Shown here piece after piece: positions 37,916 to 46,288 of a stretch of 48,018 bases of DNA. Under the pieces are notes generated by a model that was given only the letters and a program-made list of their open reading frames with translations, was not told the DNA's origin and made no database searches. The position numbers were made by a program, and so were the translations under genes. Within the stretch, counting starts at the first letter, position 1; every line of letters begins with the position of its first letter. The DNA is from a virus (taxonomy: Duplodnaviria > Caudoviricetes), in the IMG/VR virus record IMGVR_UViG_3300025158_000002, positions 1 through 48,018 of that record; one strand, 5' to 3'.

Positions 37916-37957
37916 TAGTTTTGCACAGTCGTATATTAAGCATAAATTAAGATTAAT
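37916..37957. promoter_or_regulatory. Divergent late promoter region
   Basis: TAGTTTTG (Bacteroidota-type TAnnTTTG -7 element) at 37916 plus a 19-bp motif shared with 7998-8016. Confidence 0.45.
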
Positions 37958-37974
37958 CTATAATTATTTTTAAT

Positions 37975-39357
37975 ATGGCAATAACAAGAACAAACAGACC
38001 AACTCGGACTATTATCGGAAGACGTAGAGAGAAAAGAATATTCGCTCCTACCGAAGACAATATAAAAGAATCTTCTATATTGGCTAACTCTCAGATAAAT
38101 AGAGGAGATGAGATCGAAGAGGAATTAACTCCTTCGAAACTCAAAAACGTATTTGACGAAGCAGCAGATGGGCATCTGTGGAAAATCTTCGAGACTTACA
38201 AAAAAATTGTAGCATACGATACTCGCATCGGAGGAATTGTAGCTAAAAGAAAAAATGCTCCAAGTAGATATGCGTGGAAACTTGAAGCCGAAGATAAGAC
38301 AGACCCAAGAACAGAAGAGATTCTGAAAGACCTTAGAATGGTATTTAAGAAGTATAAGATGAAACGCCTTATAAAGTCTTCTTCAGAAGGCATACTATAC
38401 GGAGCTAAGTTTTTTCTAAATAACTGGACTCAGGAAAATGGAAAGATAATTCCACTTGAACCTACGCCTATTGCACACGCAAGGGTAGAGATGAATAACT
38501 CTTCCCAGATCCCAGAACTTCCATTCGGAAAGCTATTAATTACAAACGGAGATAAATATTGGTCTGCTGAAGAGCTTCAGAATTCTGGGCAAGTCTTTGG
38601 AGTAGTCCCTTCTGATGATGATGGCTTTTATGATATTGCAGGAGTTTTAAGACCTGTTCTCAAGATGTTCATTGTGAAGTATTATGCCATTAAGAATTGG
38701 ATTCAATATTCCGAGATTCATGGCTATCCAGTTTCTACAGTAAGCCTTCCAAGAAACCAATACAAGATGTTCAAGAAAGACGTAGAGAAATTCTTGACAA
38801 ATATCGGTAAAAGTAGATACGGAGTCTTGTTTGAAGGATGGGATTATAAGATTCAAAATGCTGCTAACGGAAATGTTGACATCTTCGAGAAGCTTATAGG
38901 CTTAACCAATACAGAGTGCGAAGTAGCTATACTTGGTCAATCTGCAACAACTTCAATGTCGGGCGGAGGATATTCTGCCGTAACCACATACAAAGAAGAT
39001 GAGATTGATAATACCATTGACGATTGCGAGATAATTGCAGAGTCGATCACAGACGGCATAGTGAAGCCTTATATTCAGTTTAACTATCCAGATTATGATT
39101 ATACAAATATCAGCTTTGCTATTGAAGTTCCAAAGAAAAAGAACTTCCAGGATGTATTGAAAAAATACGAATCAGCAGGAAGATTAAATCTAAAGGTATC
39201 TAAAAAGAAATTCCAAGAGGAAATGGATATTCTTATAGTCGAGGAAGGCGAAGATTCTCTTAAATTAGAGTTTGAGAAAAAGGGACTTGACGCAAGTAAA
39301 GAGCCTGAGAAAAGAAAAGAAACTCGCAAAGATGGCGGCAAGATAGCAGACAAATGA
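37975..39357 (+). CDS. Portal protein (Mu gp29/DUF935-like)
   Basis: LTPSKL...AADG, DTRIGGIVAKRK, WIQYSEIHGYP, EVAILGQSAT. Confidence 0.88.
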   Translation: MAITRTNRPTRTIIGRRREKRIFAPTEDNIKESSILANSQINRGDEIEEELTPSKLKNVFDEAADGHLWKIFETYKKIVAYDTRIGGIVAKRKNAPSRYAWKLEAEDKTDPRTEEILKDLRMVFKKYKMKRLIKSSSEGILYGAKFFLNNWTQENGKIIPLEPTPIAHARVEMNNSSQIPELPFGKLLITNGDKYWSAEELQNSGQVFGVVPSDDDGFYDIAGVLRPVLKMFIVKYYAIKNWIQYSEIHGYPVSTVSLPRNQYKMFKKDVEKFLTNIGKSRYGVLFEGWDYKIQNAANGNVDIFEKLIGLTNTECEVAILGQSATTSMSGGGYSAVTTYKEDEIDNTIDDCEIIAESITDGIVKPYIQFNYPDYDYTNISFAIEVPKKKNFQDVLKKYESAGRLNLKVSKKKFQEEMDILIVEEGEDSLKLEFEKKGLDASKEPEKRKETRKDGGKIADK

Positions 39358-39989
39358 AAGTAAACTTTGAAGCGCTAGGCGAGCTCCGAGACGAGCTCGA
39401 CCTAGTGATAAAGGGCGCAAAAAGAGACGCAATAGAAGACATAGAAGACTTAAGATTTACTATACGAGGATTTATTCTCGATAGAGTAGAAAAAGGAATG
39501 TTTGCATCTGGAGAGTTTGCTAAAAAGGATTACTCCTGGAATCCAATAGCCGCATACAAGCTTGGCGATGTTGTGATACAAGGCAAAGGCGAAGAAAGGG
39601 AGATGTATATAAGCGGAAAGCTAATAGACAAAAGAGATTGGAAGTTCGGAAGCCCAAAGAAAAAAGGAGAAAAGAGAATAAAGTCTGGACTACCAAAGCC
39701 AGTTCCAGTTTTCAATCTTGGGTACGAAGGATGGAGGCGCAAGTACAATGGCTTAAATACTCTTAGCGTTGACTTGAGTTTTACAGGTAAGATGCTTGAG
39801 GATTTTGACGTAGAGGTTTTTGTAAAAGGAGTGAATCAGTATAAGACAGAAGTTTCAATAGAGCTTATTATGAACACAGAGTTTTCTATGGACAAGAAAA
39901 CATTCACAGATGAAACAAGACAGTGGTTTTACATATCAGACGAAGAGCTTGAAATGCTACTCGAAGAAAACGGATTCGATGTAAAATAA
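39354..39989 (+). CDS. Virion morphogenesis/neck protein (Mu gpG/S- or HK97 gp10-like)
   Basis: VDLSFTGKML and RQWFYISDEE motifs; follows the portal. Confidence 0.55.
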   Translation: MKVNFEALGELRDELDLVIKGAKRDAIEDIEDLRFTIRGFILDRVEKGMFASGEFAKKDYSWNPIAAYKLGDVVIQGKGEEREMYISGKLIDKRDWKFGSPKKKGEKRIKSGLPKPVPVFNLGYEGWRRKYNGLNTLSVDLSFTGKMLEDFDVEVFVKGVNQYKTEVSIELIMNTEFSMDKKTFTDETRQWFYISDEELEMLLEENGFDVK

Positions 39990-40020
39990 AAAAAGCCAAG
40001 AGTTTTCATTTCTTGGCTTT
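39988..40020. terminator. Intrinsic terminator (likely bidirectional)
   Basis: AAAGCCAAGA gttttcatt TCTTGGCTTT between convergent genes. Confidence 0.7.
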
Positions 40021-40158
40021 GAATTTAACATACTTTTAGAATATGTATAGTGAATAAAGAAAAACGTATATATAAAAAAACTCGACAAAAGGAATGGAAA
40101 ATCTTCACAAAAACCAAACCTAATGCCGAGCCCCTTATGACTTATGAAAGAAGATTCG

Positions 40159-40464
40159 TTAAACTACTTCTGTATAACCAGAAACGTCTAAAACAGCTCC
40201 AGAGAAAATAACTCTATATTCGTCTGCTCCATATTGCCCAACTGCCTTTAATTGAACTTCAATATTTTTGGCATTGGTAACTTTTGATGCAAGAATATCA
40301 GCAACCTTGTATGCTTTTTCTCGTGTCATTAGAGCTGCAGACCCAGAGTCTGAATTTACATATTCTTGGCGATAAGTACTATCAGACAAGATTGAATCGT
40401 ATTTTACACGATACATTGAAGTAGCTGTTTCTAAAGCTTCTATTTGAGTGATATTGAAAGCCAT
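40159..40464 (-). CDS. Hypothetical protein, possibly virion-associated
   Basis: 101 aa, AAGGAG SD, flanked by non-coding gaps. Confidence 0.65.
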   Translation of the reverse strand: MAFNITQIEALETATSMYRVKYDSILSDSTYRQEYVNSDSGSAALMTREKAYKVADILASKVTNAKNIEVQLKAVGQYGADEYRVIFSGAVLDVSGYTEVV

Positions 40465-40571
40465 TTAGACTCCTTCTGATTAAATGAATAAAAATTGTTT
40501 TTTTGATACGTTCAAAAGATAGTGTAAAAAAAATAGTAAAACAATAGGTGCTAATTTGCTTATTGTTTTCA

Positions 40572-40603
40572 AATAGCGTTCAAATTTGCCACCTAAGCGC
40601 TTA
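40572..40603 (+). repeat. Truncated copy E of the dispersed intergenic element
   Basis: AATAGCGTTCAAATTTGCC (19 bp identical to copy B) joined almost directly to TAAGCGCTTA. Confidence 0.7.
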
Positions 40604-40609
40604 TCTTTT

Positions 40610-42244
40610 TTAAATTGATACATTCCATAGGTCATCATTTTCTAAGCCGTTAGAATCGAAATCTGTTTCGCTTGCGTACCCATGAACGCCATAGACAGCA
40701 GACCCAAAAGAATCGTCTTGTACTAAATCATCGTCAAAATTGCCAATCATCTTGTAGGCTTCGTCTATAAGGATACAGAAGGCGTCATTAACATCGTCCT
40801 TTACAGAATTTGGGAACTCGCAGATTCCGTTTATTCTATCAAATAGAAGTTTGTCATATATCTTTGACGATATAAAAATCTTCATCCTTTTAGCTTTGTG
40901 AGTAGCAGACTTTGTATGCGCTATCTTATCCATGTTTTTATTATCGACAGATATAGCTTCAACACCTTCTGAGTTAAGAGTAGGCACTGCCTGCAATCCA
41001 GAAGATTTGTTCTCAATATAGTGAACGCCTTTTGTCTCTTTAATCCATTCAATAAGCTCGGGGTATTCCAGCCAGCGATAGTCCGAGTCTGTTATATACA
41101 AAGCGTTTTGATATATGAAGCCTTTTGCATAAGCAGAGGAAGATCCTTCGTTCTTTAATGTGGTTGCGAGATCCCATCCATTGATATGCGCTTCCCAGAA
41201 TTTCTTTTCAGGCATTAAGTCTTCGTCTATAATGCTAAAGAACTCTTCTTTCCACTTGGCGCCAGTCTCACTTGTAGGAGTCTGCTGAACCTGACCATGA
41301 TAGTTATCTCCGAGTTCGTTTCTGAATACCTGAAGCACGTCTGAAGAAAACCTCTCTTTGAAAAAGAGCAAGTCGCCAGTCTTATTGTCTGGAAGATAGA
41401 ATTTTTTTAAGTATTCTGGCTTCAAGTCTTTTGACAGCTTTCCTGGAACGCAGATGTGCATATACTTGTCTTTATTATCAGATGACAATACATATCCAGA
41501 CAAGTCGTTGTTATGTACCCTTTGCATCAAGATTATACGAATATCAACTTCTGGATTATTCAATCGAGAAAAGGCTGTGCCAGAGTACCAGCTATTGGTA
41601 GTGATAATATCTGCTTCTTTAAAGCCCAAAGCATTTTTATCAGGAGGCTTAACTGGGTCATCTATTATCAAGAAATTTCCTCCTGAGCCAGTGAATTGAC
41701 CTCCAACAGAAACGGCTTTTCTCTCGCCTCCCATGCTATTAGAAAAATAAGCCTTGCTATCCTGAGAAGCATCGATCTGGAACACATCGCCAAAGTGAGA
41801 CTTGTACCAATCGCTTTTTATAAGCTGGCGAGTCTTGTTTGCGTGTTCTATGGATAGGTCGTGAGCATAAGAAGCAGATGCAAATCGCAAGTATGGGTAT
41901 TTAGCCCAAGCCCATCCGTTAAATATAATTGTGAAGATATATGATTTCAGGCTTCTGAACATCATATTGATAACATAGTCGTGAGTCTTGGGAAGTCCTC
42001 TTGCTATTCTATCTGCTTCCGATTGAAGTAAGTCGCAGAAATAATCAACGTGCCAATTGTGTCGATAACGAGTGTTTGGCTCGAGTACAGAAAAAGCTTC
42101 TGGAAAAAAGTCTTTATAGTCTGGTACGTTTTGAGTAGCCTCGTGCTTGGCTCTAATAGACTTGCTAAAAAATGAGGTTACATCGTTTTCTGCTAACGAG
42201 TAACCTGCGCCTATTCTAGTCTGCTGTTTTTTCGGTTTTGCCAT
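40610..42244 (-). CDS. terL: Terminase large subunit
   Basis: NWHVD, INMMFRSLKS, SASYA, GGQFTGSGGNFLIIDDP, MQRVHNNDLSG, WDLA, IENKSSG, DDVNDA. Confidence 0.93.
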   Translation of the reverse strand: MAKPKKQQTRIGAGYSLAENDVTSFFSKSIRAKHEATQNVPDYKDFFPEAFSVLEPNTRYRHNWHVDYFCDLLQSEADRIARGLPKTHDYVINMMFRSLKSYIFTIIFNGWAWAKYPYLRFASASYAHDLSIEHANKTRQLIKSDWYKSHFGDVFQIDASQDSKAYFSNSMGGERKAVSVGGQFTGSGGNFLIIDDPVKPPDKNALGFKEADIITTNSWYSGTAFSRLNNPEVDIRIILMQRVHNNDLSGYVLSSDNKDKYMHICVPGKLSKDLKPEYLKKFYLPDNKTGDLLFFKERFSSDVLQVFRNELGDNYHGQVQQTPTSETGAKWKEEFFSIIDEDLMPEKKFWEAHINGWDLATTLKNEGSSSAYAKGFIYQNALYITDSDYRWLEYPELIEWIKETKGVHYIENKSSGLQAVPTLNSEGVEAISVDNKNMDKIAHTKSATHKAKRMKIFISSKIYDKLLFDRINGICEFPNSVKDDVNDAFCILIDEAYKMIGNFDDDLVQDDSFGSAVYGVHGYASETDFDSNGLENDDLWNVSI

Positions 42245-42545
42245 CTGAAGTTGTTGTGTATGTCTCTTTCTCTACCTTTTTGACAAGGTCGTATGGAGAC
42301 TCGTGATTTGGGGACGATAAAAATCTTCCGTCAGGGAAGTATGATAATCCAGATCTGGTATCTGCAAACTTCTCGCCCATGAATCCAATCTCAGAATCAA
42401 GTTCTTTAATAATGCCAGAAATCTCGCCATTGCGCATAGCATAGGCAAATCCAGCTTCGATTGGGTTCGATACTGTAACTTCTTCAGGAGAAACAACGAA
42501 TGCTACTTCTTCTGTAAAAATGCTATTTATTTGCTTGCGTGTCAT
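42216..42545 (-). CDS. Hypothetical protein between terS and terL (Y..DGR...S.YDLV motif)
   Basis: Likely start MTRKQ at 42545 with AAGGA SD. Confidence 0.6.
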   Translation of the reverse strand: MTRKQINSIFTEEVAFVVSPEEVTVSNPIEAGFAYAMRNGEISGIIKELDSEIGFMGEKFADTRSGLSYFPDGRFLSSPNHESPYDLVKKVEKETYTTTSDGKTEKTAD

Positions 42546-42629
42546 GGTCGTATTTCCTTTTTTGATTATTTTTGTTGACTTTACTTGTACGAGAGTTAGT
42601 TTACGGACAAATTGAATAAAATGCAATAG

Positions 42630-43370
42630 TTATTGTTTTCTTGTCATAGCCTCGAAATCCTTCGCTATCTTGTTAATAGTTTCTGCAACGAGCTTGTCTG
42701 TCATTAACATTCCTGAAGTTCCTTCAATATGTCGCTGAACAATATTGGATAGAGAAGTCATCATTGTCATGACTCGGTCAACTGGGATGAACAAAGAAAG
42801 CGCTTCAAGTCTGCGTCTTTCTGTTTCAGCTAATCTCCTTTTGAGTTCAAGCGATTCGTATATCTCTGTCCAGATCGACATATCTTTGTTTATCGTCTCT
42901 ATCAGAAGACCTAATTCGTTCATGGCTGTTTTAGCTCCTTTGGCATCGCCAATAGATGAAGCGTATTTAAAGCGTGTAAACTGGAATACTATCTTTTCAA
43001 AGTCTTCTTTTCCAGCAGTAAAGTCAGACTTCTCTAATAGCTCTTCTACGCGAGAAGCTATAAGCGCCATGTCTGACCTTGTTGACATTATATCATCGTC
43101 TTGAGCCAGCTGAAGAAATCGGTCTTTTAGTCGAGTTGGAATGTGCTTAGAATACATTAAGCTTCCGGCTCTGTAGTGGTCTACTCCGGAAGGAGATTTG
43201 CCGCCATGAAACTTACACTTGCCATTGTCATAAAGGTTTCTTGACATACATATTCCGCCATCGCCTTTTGCCGCTCCGCATACCTTGTTTTCGTCTACGA
43301 GATGTTGCTCATATTCTGTAAGGTTAGCATAAGAAGTAATTCTCGTTTCTGTAGTTTGAAGATTTTCCAT
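42630..43370 (-). CDS. terS: Terminase small subunit-like, HGGxSTG-type N-terminal domain
   Basis: CGAAKGDGGIC...NGKCKFHGGKS motif plus helical body; GGAGG SD; upstream of terL. Confidence 0.7.
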   Translation of the reverse strand: MENLQTTETRITSYANLTEYEQHLVDENKVCGAAKGDGGICMSRNLYDNGKCKFHGGKSPSGVDHYRAGSLMYSKHIPTRLKDRFLQLAQDDDIMSTRSDMALIASRVEELLEKSDFTAGKEDFEKIVFQFTRFKYASSIGDAKGAKTAMNELGLLIETINKDMSIWTEIYESLELKRRLAETERRRLEALSLFIPVDRVMTMMTSLSNIVQRHIEGTSGMLMTDKLVAETINKIAKDFEAMTRKQ

Positions 43371-43471
43371 ATTTTGCCTCCTGAGTGGGTTGTATAGTTC
43401 GTTAAAAATCGAATGTATATAAAATTAGCATAAACGGCAATTTAATTTTTTTCTCGCGCGCACGTAGTAGA

Positions 43472-43600
43472 ATATATAAATAAACTTGTTTTATTTATAT
43501 ATGGTAGAAGTAGTATTATAAATAAACTTGTTTATTTATAATATAATATAATATAATATAATATTTATTTATATATATATAAATATATATAATAATTATA
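43472..43600. repeat. AT-rich unwinding-type tract with two related palindromes and TAATA pentamer run
   Basis: ATATATAAATAAA-cttgt-TTTATTTATATAT (43472-43502) and TATTATAAATAAAC-tt-GTTTATTTATAATA (43514-43543). Confidence 0.75.
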
Positions 43601-43691
43601 TAAGCGAAGAAATAAAAAAAAAGAGCAAAATTACTTAACCAAGATAACGTAAAAAACGCACTAAGTACAATAATATCAGAAGGTTAGCCTA

Positions 43692-43960
43692 TGTAAAGAA
43701 ATCTTACACTTTGAACTTCAGAGTGTAAAGAAATCTTACAAAAGACCAAAATGGTGTAAAAAAATCTTACACTTGGGCAAAAATACGTTATAAAACACGT
43801 TATGAAGTGTAAAAAAATCTTACAAAAGGTCAAAATAGGTGTAAAAAAACTTTACAAAAGGCTGTATTGGACTGTAAAAAAATCTTACACTTTGAAGGCA
43901 AAATCGCCATTTAAACAACTGAAACGGCATTTTTAAAAACACGTGTAAAGAAACTTTACA
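43692..43960. repeat. Second iteron array (ori2-like): seven TGTAAA(G/A)AAA(TC/CT)TTACA boxes
   Basis: Copies at 43692, 43724, 43755, 43808, 43840, 43873 and 43944; same box as inside the initiator gene. Confidence 0.9.
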
Positions 43961-44073
43961 TTCAGGAGGCACTATAACAAAGCCGCAATTTAAGTAAAAA
44001 AGCGTAAGCAGATTGAAGATTTTACTTATAAATGTGAAGAGGAAATGAAAATGAGAGAAGGCTTGGCGATAAA

Positions 44074-44180
44074 TTTGGTCGAGATGATCGCTGATATATA
44101 TCGCTATATCACTATCTCAGGAGGCAGAATATAGAAGATTTACCGTAGGCTTACGCATCTTGCCCAGACTGAGGTTTGCT
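44074..44180 (+). repeat. Degenerate inverted repeat, left arm
   Basis: GTCGA...TGATATA.A....TATATCA.T.T.TCAGGA...CTGAGGTTTGCT; the mirror copy is at 46382-46486. Confidence 0.65.
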
Positions 44181-44471
44181 TTGTCGTGAATTGGAGAGAC
44201 TGGCGAATTAGGAGGAGGGCAAATTACTTTTGGATAGGATTTTGGAAGTTGTTGGAGTTGGGAAGGGGGCGAGTAAAAAAATTCTTGGATGGATCGGTGG
44301 ATTTTGTGGAGTTTAGGGGGAGGCTACCTTAGGACATCCAAACCTAACGTATTTTTTTGGTCGAATAAGGGGCGGCAAAACCTAACGTGTTTTTTTTCTA
44401 ACGGTAAACTAATATAGGAATAAGCGGCGTTCGCAAACTATACTAGTGATACGTTATGTTTTTGAGCAAAA

Positions 44472-44509
44472 AATAAGACTCAAAAGTATTAATACTAATG
44501 AGTCTTATT
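44472..44509 (-). terminator. Hairpin/terminator after 44523..44729
   Basis: AATAAGACTCA...TGAGTCTTATT around the internal palindrome AGTATTAATACT. Confidence 0.6.
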
Positions 44510-44522
44510 AAATTGTTTAATT

Positions 44523-44729
44523 TTACGAGTTAATTTCTTTTAGTTCCTTTTGAGCTTTGATTAGCTCGTTTCTTATGTTGTTTATTTGGCTATTGCCGAA
44601 GCTGTCCTTTTCACCATTGAACTTTTCATATTCTAAAATGGGGCTTAGCATATTCTCTAAGCATAGTACCTTAGATTGAACTTTTTGCGTTAATCTTAAT
44701 TTTTCTAATTCTTTCGATAAATGATTCAT
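44523..44729 (-). CDS. Small hypothetical protein
   Basis: 68 aa with its own downstream hairpin. Confidence 0.6.
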   Translation of the reverse strand: MNHLSKELEKLRLTQKVQSKVLCLENMLSPILEYEKFNGEKDSFGNSQINNIRNELIKAQKELKEINS

Positions 44730-44757
44730 AAGGGTAAATTGTAAGGGTTTAAAAAGA

Positions 44758-44788
44758 TAAGCCCTTAAACTTAAAATCTAAGGGCTTA
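44758..44788 (-). terminator. Hairpin/terminator
   Basis: TAAGCCCTTA...TAAGGGCTTA. Confidence 0.55.
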
Positions 44789-44795
44789 ATGAGGG

Positions 44796-44894
44796 TTATT
44801 TTTTACCGCTTTTGTAAGCGATAATTAACAGAAACAATATAAGCAGTATTAAACCGCTTATACTGTTTTGAAAACTATTAAGCAAACTATACAC
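44796..44894 (-). CDS. 32-aa single-TM peptide (GTG start, not in ORF track)
   Basis: MYSLLNSFQNSISGLILLILFLLIIAYKSGKK; starts 3 nt after the stop of 44898..45653. Confidence 0.4.
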   Translation of the reverse strand: MYSLLNSFQNSISGLILLILFLLIIAYKSGKK

Positions 44895-44897
44895 AGT

Positions 44898-45653
44898 TTA
44901 CTTAACAGACAGATTAACCGCTTTTGGTTCCGCTTTTGGTTCCGCTATACTGTCTAAATAAACGGTTTCAAATGCCTTTTGTGATTCTATGAAAGAATCT
45001 TGAAAATTGACAGACCAGGCGAAGGTAAAGGTATATCCCTTGGATTGCGTCCCACCAGCTTTCGTAAACTCTTCTAGTAAAGCTGGGGCAAAGCTTGGGA
45101 AAACAGAATCTAAGACCCTGAACTTTTCGTTCAGTAACTGCTTTTCGGTTCCTTCGCTTTTTTTGATTTTATCGCTTTTTGGCAACAAAGACAAAATAAA
45201 TGAATTGCTCTTTTCTGTGTCATTTGTCATCATAACAAATGTTTCATAATCAAAGGGCAAGTTTGAATATCTGTTGTATATACTTTTGTAATCGTGTTGC
45301 TTTGTCAGCTCTTCAGTACTGATAAAGTTTTGCTTTGTCAGCTCTATCGATACCAAATAACGAAACTGCGCCCATAGTGCAAATCTTTGAACATTTTCGT
45401 TTCTTTGATTTTTTAACGCTTTGTAGCGTTTCTCGTTACTGCTTTCGTTAGCAAAAGAACTTTCTGTAATTTTACTTTCTGCAATTGCAGAAATTTCAGA
45501 AGCACTATTGAATTTAGAGATAAACTCTCTAAATTTGATAGCTAAATCTGTCAAATCCACGATAGCTTTAGCTTCTTTAATTCCTTCTTTGTTTTCTATA
45601 ACGAACTGTTCAGCTAGTAATTTAGCCGAGAAGTCTAATGTTTTTAAATCCAT
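44898..45653 (-). CDS. Hypothetical protein in the inverted-repeat-bounded cassette
   Basis: 251 aa, C-terminal AEPKAEPK duplication. Confidence 0.7.
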   Translation of the reverse strand: MDLKTLDFSAKLLAEQFVIENKEGIKEAKAIVDLTDLAIKFREFISKFNSASEISAIAESKITESSFANESSNEKRYKALKNQRNENVQRFALWAQFRYLVSIELTKQNFISTEELTKQHDYKSIYNRYSNLPFDYETFVMMTNDTEKSNSFILSLLPKSDKIKKSEGTEKQLLNEKFRVLDSVFPSFAPALLEEFTKAGGTQSKGYTFTFAWSVNFQDSFIESQKAFETVYLDSIAEPKAEPKAVNLSVK

Positions 45654-45776
45654 AATGTATAAAATAAAGTATGTTATTGTTTACGTCCGATTACCTTTTT
45701 AATACGATACGATTATTAAAGTCATAACTTTAGCAATAAATCAAAGAACACGCGCCTAACGGCACAGCTAAAGATA

Positions 45777-45792
45777 ATGCTAAGATTAGCAT
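45777..45792. promoter_or_regulatory. Palindromic operator candidate ATGCTAA-GA-TTAGCAT
   Basis: Perfect 7-2-7 dyad upstream of 44898..45653; half-sites recur in other promoter regions. Confidence 0.55.
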
Positions 45793-45932
45793 AAAAGCAA
45801 ACATTAATAAAAGATTTTTTAAATAAATCTTTACTCTAAATTCCAAAAGCTTCCAAACGTGTTTTTACTTAATACTTTTTAAGCCCATTTTATAACGTTT
45901 TTTTATTTAAGTCAAAAATCCAGACCATGCAA

Positions 45933-45967
45933 TTTAATTACATATATGTACAATATATGTAATTAAA
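45933..45967. repeat. 15-bp-arm palindrome
   Basis: TTTAATTACATATAT-gtaca-ATATATGTAATTAAA. Confidence 0.8.
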
Positions 45968-46120
45968 CATTATATAGTTTAATGCTATATAGTTTAATGT
46001 TCAAGTATTCAATAATATAAGATTTTTAATCTTTAATCCAAGATTTATTTTTTTTAATCCAAGATTTTTTTCAAAATCCAGATCTGGACCTTCCAGGAAT
46101 ATTATTTTCCCATTAAGAAG

Positions 46121-46288
46121 AGCCCCCAAAAAAATCCTTTGAAGATTAAATATTTTATATAGCAAGCCTACCAAAAAAATCCTTTCCGAGACCTATTAGC
46201 CGACAGGTCGAGATAGTAATTCTTTGAATTATTATCATCGAAGGCGTTTTAATTCCCCACTTCTTAAAGCCCCCCAAAAAAATCCTTT
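46121..46288 (+). repeat. Three AGCC(C/T)..CCAAAAAAATCCTTT direct repeats
   Basis: Copies at 46121, 46165 and 46268; a related copy at 4169-4186. Confidence 0.8.

Noticed and set aside
43692-43960. CRISPR or mini-CRISPR array
   Set aside because: Repeats are only 17 bp, most spacers are ~14-16 bp and irregular, there are no cas genes, and the same box occurs inside the initiator gene, so iterons fit better.
923-45702. Numerous 60-145 aa antisense or nested ORFs in the ORF track (e.g. 5997..6395, 10909..11343, 42745..43104)
   Set aside because: They overlap longer, motif-bearing genes on the opposite strand or frame and have the F/S/L-rich composition typical of shadow ORFs.
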